A stretch of DNA of 64,000 bases from Octopus bimaculoides (taxonomy: Eukaryota): NCBI RefSeq assembly GCF_001194135.2, contig NC_068983.1:135542210-135606209 (forward strand), given 5' to 3'. Of this stretch, positions 59,641 to 64,000 are shown piece by piece. Every line of letters starts with the position of its first letter. The stretch's first letter is position 1. Below the pieces are notes generated by a model. It made no database searches. It saw nothing but the letters and a program-made list of their open reading frames with translations, and was not told the DNA's origin. The translations under genes and the position numbers were made by a program.

Positions 59641-62600
59641 AATCTTTATTTAGATTTAAATGTAAATAAATTTGAACAAATTACAAAATTCTTAATTTTA
59701 TCTTGCAAGAAAAATGCTTCAGCAAAGCTACAACCTGCTTACAGGAATCAGTACTAGTAGGAGTAAAAAGTTTAAAGTTATAGTTGACATATGCAGGGAA
59801 TATCAACAAGCTAATTTAATATAATTAAGTAGTGAAGGAAGAACAATATTATTTTCACTTTTTTTTAAACATAAGTTTCTATTATATTTGCAGAAATATA
59901 TTACCAAGTAAGTGTACAAATTGTACATCAGTTAACCATAAGATAATAGAATGACATAAAAGATGACATCAGCAAGAAATGTTAGATAGTGTTAAACATA
60001 TTTAATGCAAAGAGCATAAAAAAAAAAAAAAACTAGAAATCACTAACCAAGGTTATTAGTGTAGTGAACAAAATAACTGTGACATCCGTAAAAAAAAAAG
60101 CAAAAAAAAAAAGTTTAATGATCAATTTTAGGAAAGACAGATGAGACAGTCCAAATTTCAACTAAAAATTGAGTATCTTTAGCAAGTACAGAGAAAACCC
60201 TGGACAGGTTTTAGCCTTATTAGACCTCAGCATAGTCTCACCAATATTTGCAAGATCTTGACTAAGTGGATTAATTGATTTTGAGTGATTAAACACTTGT
60301 TAGTGTGGTAAAAGAATGACTGGGGAAAATGATGAATTATAAGTTTCTATCCACTCAATGGAAAGAACCCCACTGAGGTATATTGAGTTATATGTGTAAA
60401 CACATTGATAGTTCATTTGATTTCAATGGAAAACTTTGGAGAACTTGAGCTAATCAACACCCTAGTTCAGGTGTTCTTAATTTTTTTTATCTATGGACTC
60501 TTTTGATTACTATTTTATTCAGGTGGACCCCCATAGCCAGTCAATATTTAAAAACTAGTTTTATAGAAACTTCTTTCAAAATTTCTGTTTTGTTTTTCAC
60601 ACTTTCGCTTATGTGGGTTGAACTGTGTAAAATATTAGAGAAAAATACCCAGCTATTTCTTGCAATAAATACCAATACATGCATCTAAAGTAAAATTTTT
60701 TCAAGAGCCTCTAAAATACTTTTGCAGATCCCAATTTGTTGCATGGATCCCCAAAAATTTTACATGAACCCTCAGGAGCCATATGGACTCCAGTTGAGAA
60801 CCCTAGTTGATTGCCAATAAGACTAGATTAACTAAAACGTTAGGCATAACAGAGTATTTGTGAAATATAAAATAATTTAAAAGGAAATTTACTGTGATGT
60901 GATGTGAAAATATAAAAAAATAAAAAATAACTATAATGATCTGAAACCAGGACAAGAAATTACAATAGCCAAGTCTCTAGTTGAAGAATCAAAAGTTCAC
61001 AGCCTATCACTGGTGTTCTGCTGTTTTAGAATCACTTTTGTTCTTCTCATACCTGAGCAGATGAGACAAAACAAGAACTTGGAGCAAGAAACTAGATATT
61101 TCAGTTTGGTAACTTGTAGTGCCAATACTAAAACCCTTTATAAAGAAATTAATGGCAAAAGAGACAAAAAAGATAAATGCATCTATAGACTGAAAAAGGA
61201 CCAATTTGAATTTATTTAGTTCAGTTCAAAAATAAATTAATTATAGATCAAGAATAGTTTAATAAACCACAGAGCAAGATACAGACCTCACCAACCAATC
61301 AACTATAAAGAAAATTTGGCTGTAATTCTTGGAGACAGGTCACTTCACTTATTTAATCTGATAAGGTTCTTGAGAAAGGCATGAACATTGCACTATTTTA
61401 TGTAGCTTCCGTTAAAGGACCTGAAACTTTGTGCTCTGAACAAGGAAGTTACATCAGTGCAAGAATTTTAAGATGTATAAATAAAAAAAAAAGTATATCT
61501 AATTTTTTAGAAAGGTATTTTGTAGCTTAGTGATGAATTTCTAACATTTAAAAAAAAAATTTTAGTAAGAAATTACAAATTGACAAAACAATTCTCTTTA
61601 AGTTAAAATGGATTAGAAACTTCATTGAAATTTTAATAAAAATTCTACAAAAAATCAAAATTCTAATTGATAAAAACAAAGTTTATATCTTTTTATATTT
61701 TACTTGTATCAGTCATTACATCTTGGGGCACTAGCTTGAATTTTTTGTTGACTGAATTGACAAACACATCAACACTGGTTGTCAAGTGACAGGGGAACAA
61801 ACAAACACACACACAATGGGTTTCTTTCAGTTTCTGTGTACTAAATCCACTCAAGTTTTTGGTTGGCTCGAGGCCACAGAAGACAGCTGCCTAAGGTGCT
61901 TTGCAGTGGAACTGAAGCTGGAACTACATGGTTGGGAAGCAAAGCATGCTGTAGCATTGCTTTTATGCTCACCTGATATTGAAGTGCATTAATCATTATG
62001 CCATACACAGCCAGGAGATTCAGCAGACAGAGTAAACTATTTGAACCAATATCATTTAAGATAGATTTTCCTGTGATCATAGCCCAGTTGAGTGCTGTTA
62101 GATGCTTGTTTACTTTTACTAAATGAATAGATTTTTGATCAATTGAATCTGCATGATCCATTTAACAAACATTTATGTAGTTTTAACATTAACAATTACA
62201 GTAAATGCTTCTAAGGTTTATTCTGGGATTGAATGATATGTTGTTATATATATATATCTGAATTGAATATGGATGCACACACAAATCACATCATTTTTGT
62301 CTACACTCTCTGTTTGAGCATTCTGTTTTACATTTCTTTAAAATGTATTGGTATTCCTGTTTGGAGCTAAACTTACATTAGATATGTCATTTCACCTATT
62401 ATACCAATTTAATAAAACTGACAAATAGTTAAATAAGCAAAAAGTTCTAAGGTTTTAAGGTCCTCCACATACCAATTACTTACCAATTATTTACTAAATT
62501 CTTCACTATTTTTCAAAATTAATTCTAAGGCAGTGTATTCTAACAGAAATATGGTGACAAAAAAATTAAAACTCTGGTTCCCTGCACAATGATGTTTTTG

Positions 62601-63149
62601 TTGTTAAAACTGATTCAGGGATGTCAATAACTAGAACTGTATATACTTCAAATCAGAGAAAATTAATTTATTCTATTTATGAAAACAGGAATTTTACACA
62701 CAACTTCCACATAACCTATTGTGTGTGCATACACACACTTGACTAACATGAAATCGACATTTATGAAATATCAAAAAGCCCCTTGTTCTGTTTCTGTGCA
62801 ATGAATGAAATTTGAAACAGTTAAAATGCAGCAGTTAGTGGAGCATAGACAACTTTAAATAAAAGTATTGCAGATGTTAAAAACATGAATAGTGTTAACC
62901 AATTAAAAAGAAAGCTAGTAAAGCAGAACCTAAATCCTAGACAATATTTTTAGGGCCTTAGGAATGCATAAGCTTTTGTACCAGATGGTTAAAACCAAAC
63001 CAAGCAGTATTTTTTAAAAAATGAACAAAACGTCAATGATCATACGTCTGAAATTCCAAGGTTAGCTATTATTAATATACACTTTTATTATCCTAATCTT
63101 ATGTGTTTCAATTGTAGGTCAACAGGTGTATGCATGTGTGGTGGGGATA

Positions 63150-63270
63150 GTCTGCCATCAAATTTGACAGCTTCACCTCAACCTGGGCCAGCTACCCGAA
63201 TTGATAGCACCCTGGTAGATAAAGCAATTAAGGATATGAAGTCAGGAAAAGCCCCCCCACCCACAAGCCC
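63150..63270 (+). mobile_element. Short RTE fragment, opposite orientation to 63385-63899
   Basis: GPATRIDSTLVDKAIKDMKSGKAP, homologous to GPAIRVDSSLIDKAIKNMKTEKAS. Confidence 0.7.
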
Positions 63271-63384
63271 ATCAGGAAGATGAGTGCAGGGATAGGCTAC
63301 CAGATAGCAATGATAGAGTAAACAGGGCTTTGAGGACAGGATTGGGGAGTGAGAGGTAAGCATAACGCATGAAGGAAAAGATGC

Positions 63385-63899
63385 AGGGGACTGTTGAAAG
63401 CTTTCTCCAGGTTGCTGAAAGCTAAGTACAATGGCTCACTTTTGGCCAAGTACTTTTCCTACAGCTGTCTCACTAGGAAGATGGCATCTGCAGCACTCTT
63501 TCTAGGTACAAAACCAAACTGCATCTCATCTAGTTTAATTCTATTCCTAATCAATTGAGCTATAACCCTCTCAGTAACTTTTATAACCTGGTCTAGCAGT
63601 TTGATACCTCTGTAGTTGTTTCTATCTAAGGCATCACCTTTATCCTTGTAGCAGCTAACTATAATACTACCACACCAGTCATTGGGGATGGCACCTTCCT
63701 GAATAACCTGATTAATTATATGGGTGACTAGGCTGTATCCTACACCACTGGATATTTTAATCCTTTCGGCAGTGATTTCTGATGGTCCAGAGGCTTTCTC
63801 TGTCTTCATATTCTTAATTGCCTTATCTATTAGGCTGCTATCAACTCTTATGGCTGGTCCCACAACTGGTTCGATATTTGAAACACTCCTCCCATTCAT
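63385..63899 (-). mobile_element. RTE-clade LINE reverse transcriptase N-terminal relic
   Basis: ORF 63459..63899: KAIKNMKTEKASGPSEITAE...IPNDW...YKDKGDALDRNNYRGIKLL...QFGFVPRKSAADAIFLVRQL*EKY...LYLAF..LEKAFN. Confidence 0.9.
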
Positions 63900-64000
63900 T
63901 AGAATTCACAAGAGGAAAAAATGCAAGTTAAATTTTAACTTCTATTCTATGAAAGAGACAGTAAAATAGTTATAGAAAAAAAACAAGAAAAAAAACAGAG

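Noticed and set aside
61013-61219. ORF MFCCFRIT...ANTKTLYKEI as a gene or mobile-element protein
   Set aside because: No recognisable domain and no splice-supported extension.
61703-61716. Minus-strand ATGACTGATACAAG resembling the Ras start ATG ACT GAG TAC AAG
   Set aside because: One base short, no VVVG codons or donor follow, and it is the edge of a SINE copy.

Overview
AT-rich, repeat-dense animal genomic DNA; the SINE/LINE families and (CAT)n/(ATT)n tails suggest an octopus, which is inference. The window holds most of one gene on the minus strand: a canonical Ras GTPase (HRAS/KRAS/NRAS co-orthologue). I assembled it by hand from small exons at 49333-49381, 35787-35815, [28925-29009 or 28785-28869], 11181-11283, 9878-9917, 5258-5418 and 3046-3105. 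All junctions are GT-AG and frame-compatible, giving residues 11-185 ending KEKKGKNKKKRRRFPCVLL*. I did not find the exon for M1-G10; it probably lies beyond position 64000. The standout observation is that the 85-nt exon encoding residues 37-65 (end of switch I, interswitch, start of switch II) is present as two intact tandem copies only 55 nt apart. They differ mostly at synonymous sites, but one encodes H40/S48/E49 and the other Y40/G48/D49. Geometry and reading frame point to mutually exclusive splicing that would switch the Ras effector interface. The introns are filled with decayed transposons (hAT, mariner, MITEs, RTE, R4/Dong-like and Ingi-like LINEs, tRNA-derived SINEs), microsatellites and three small N gaps.
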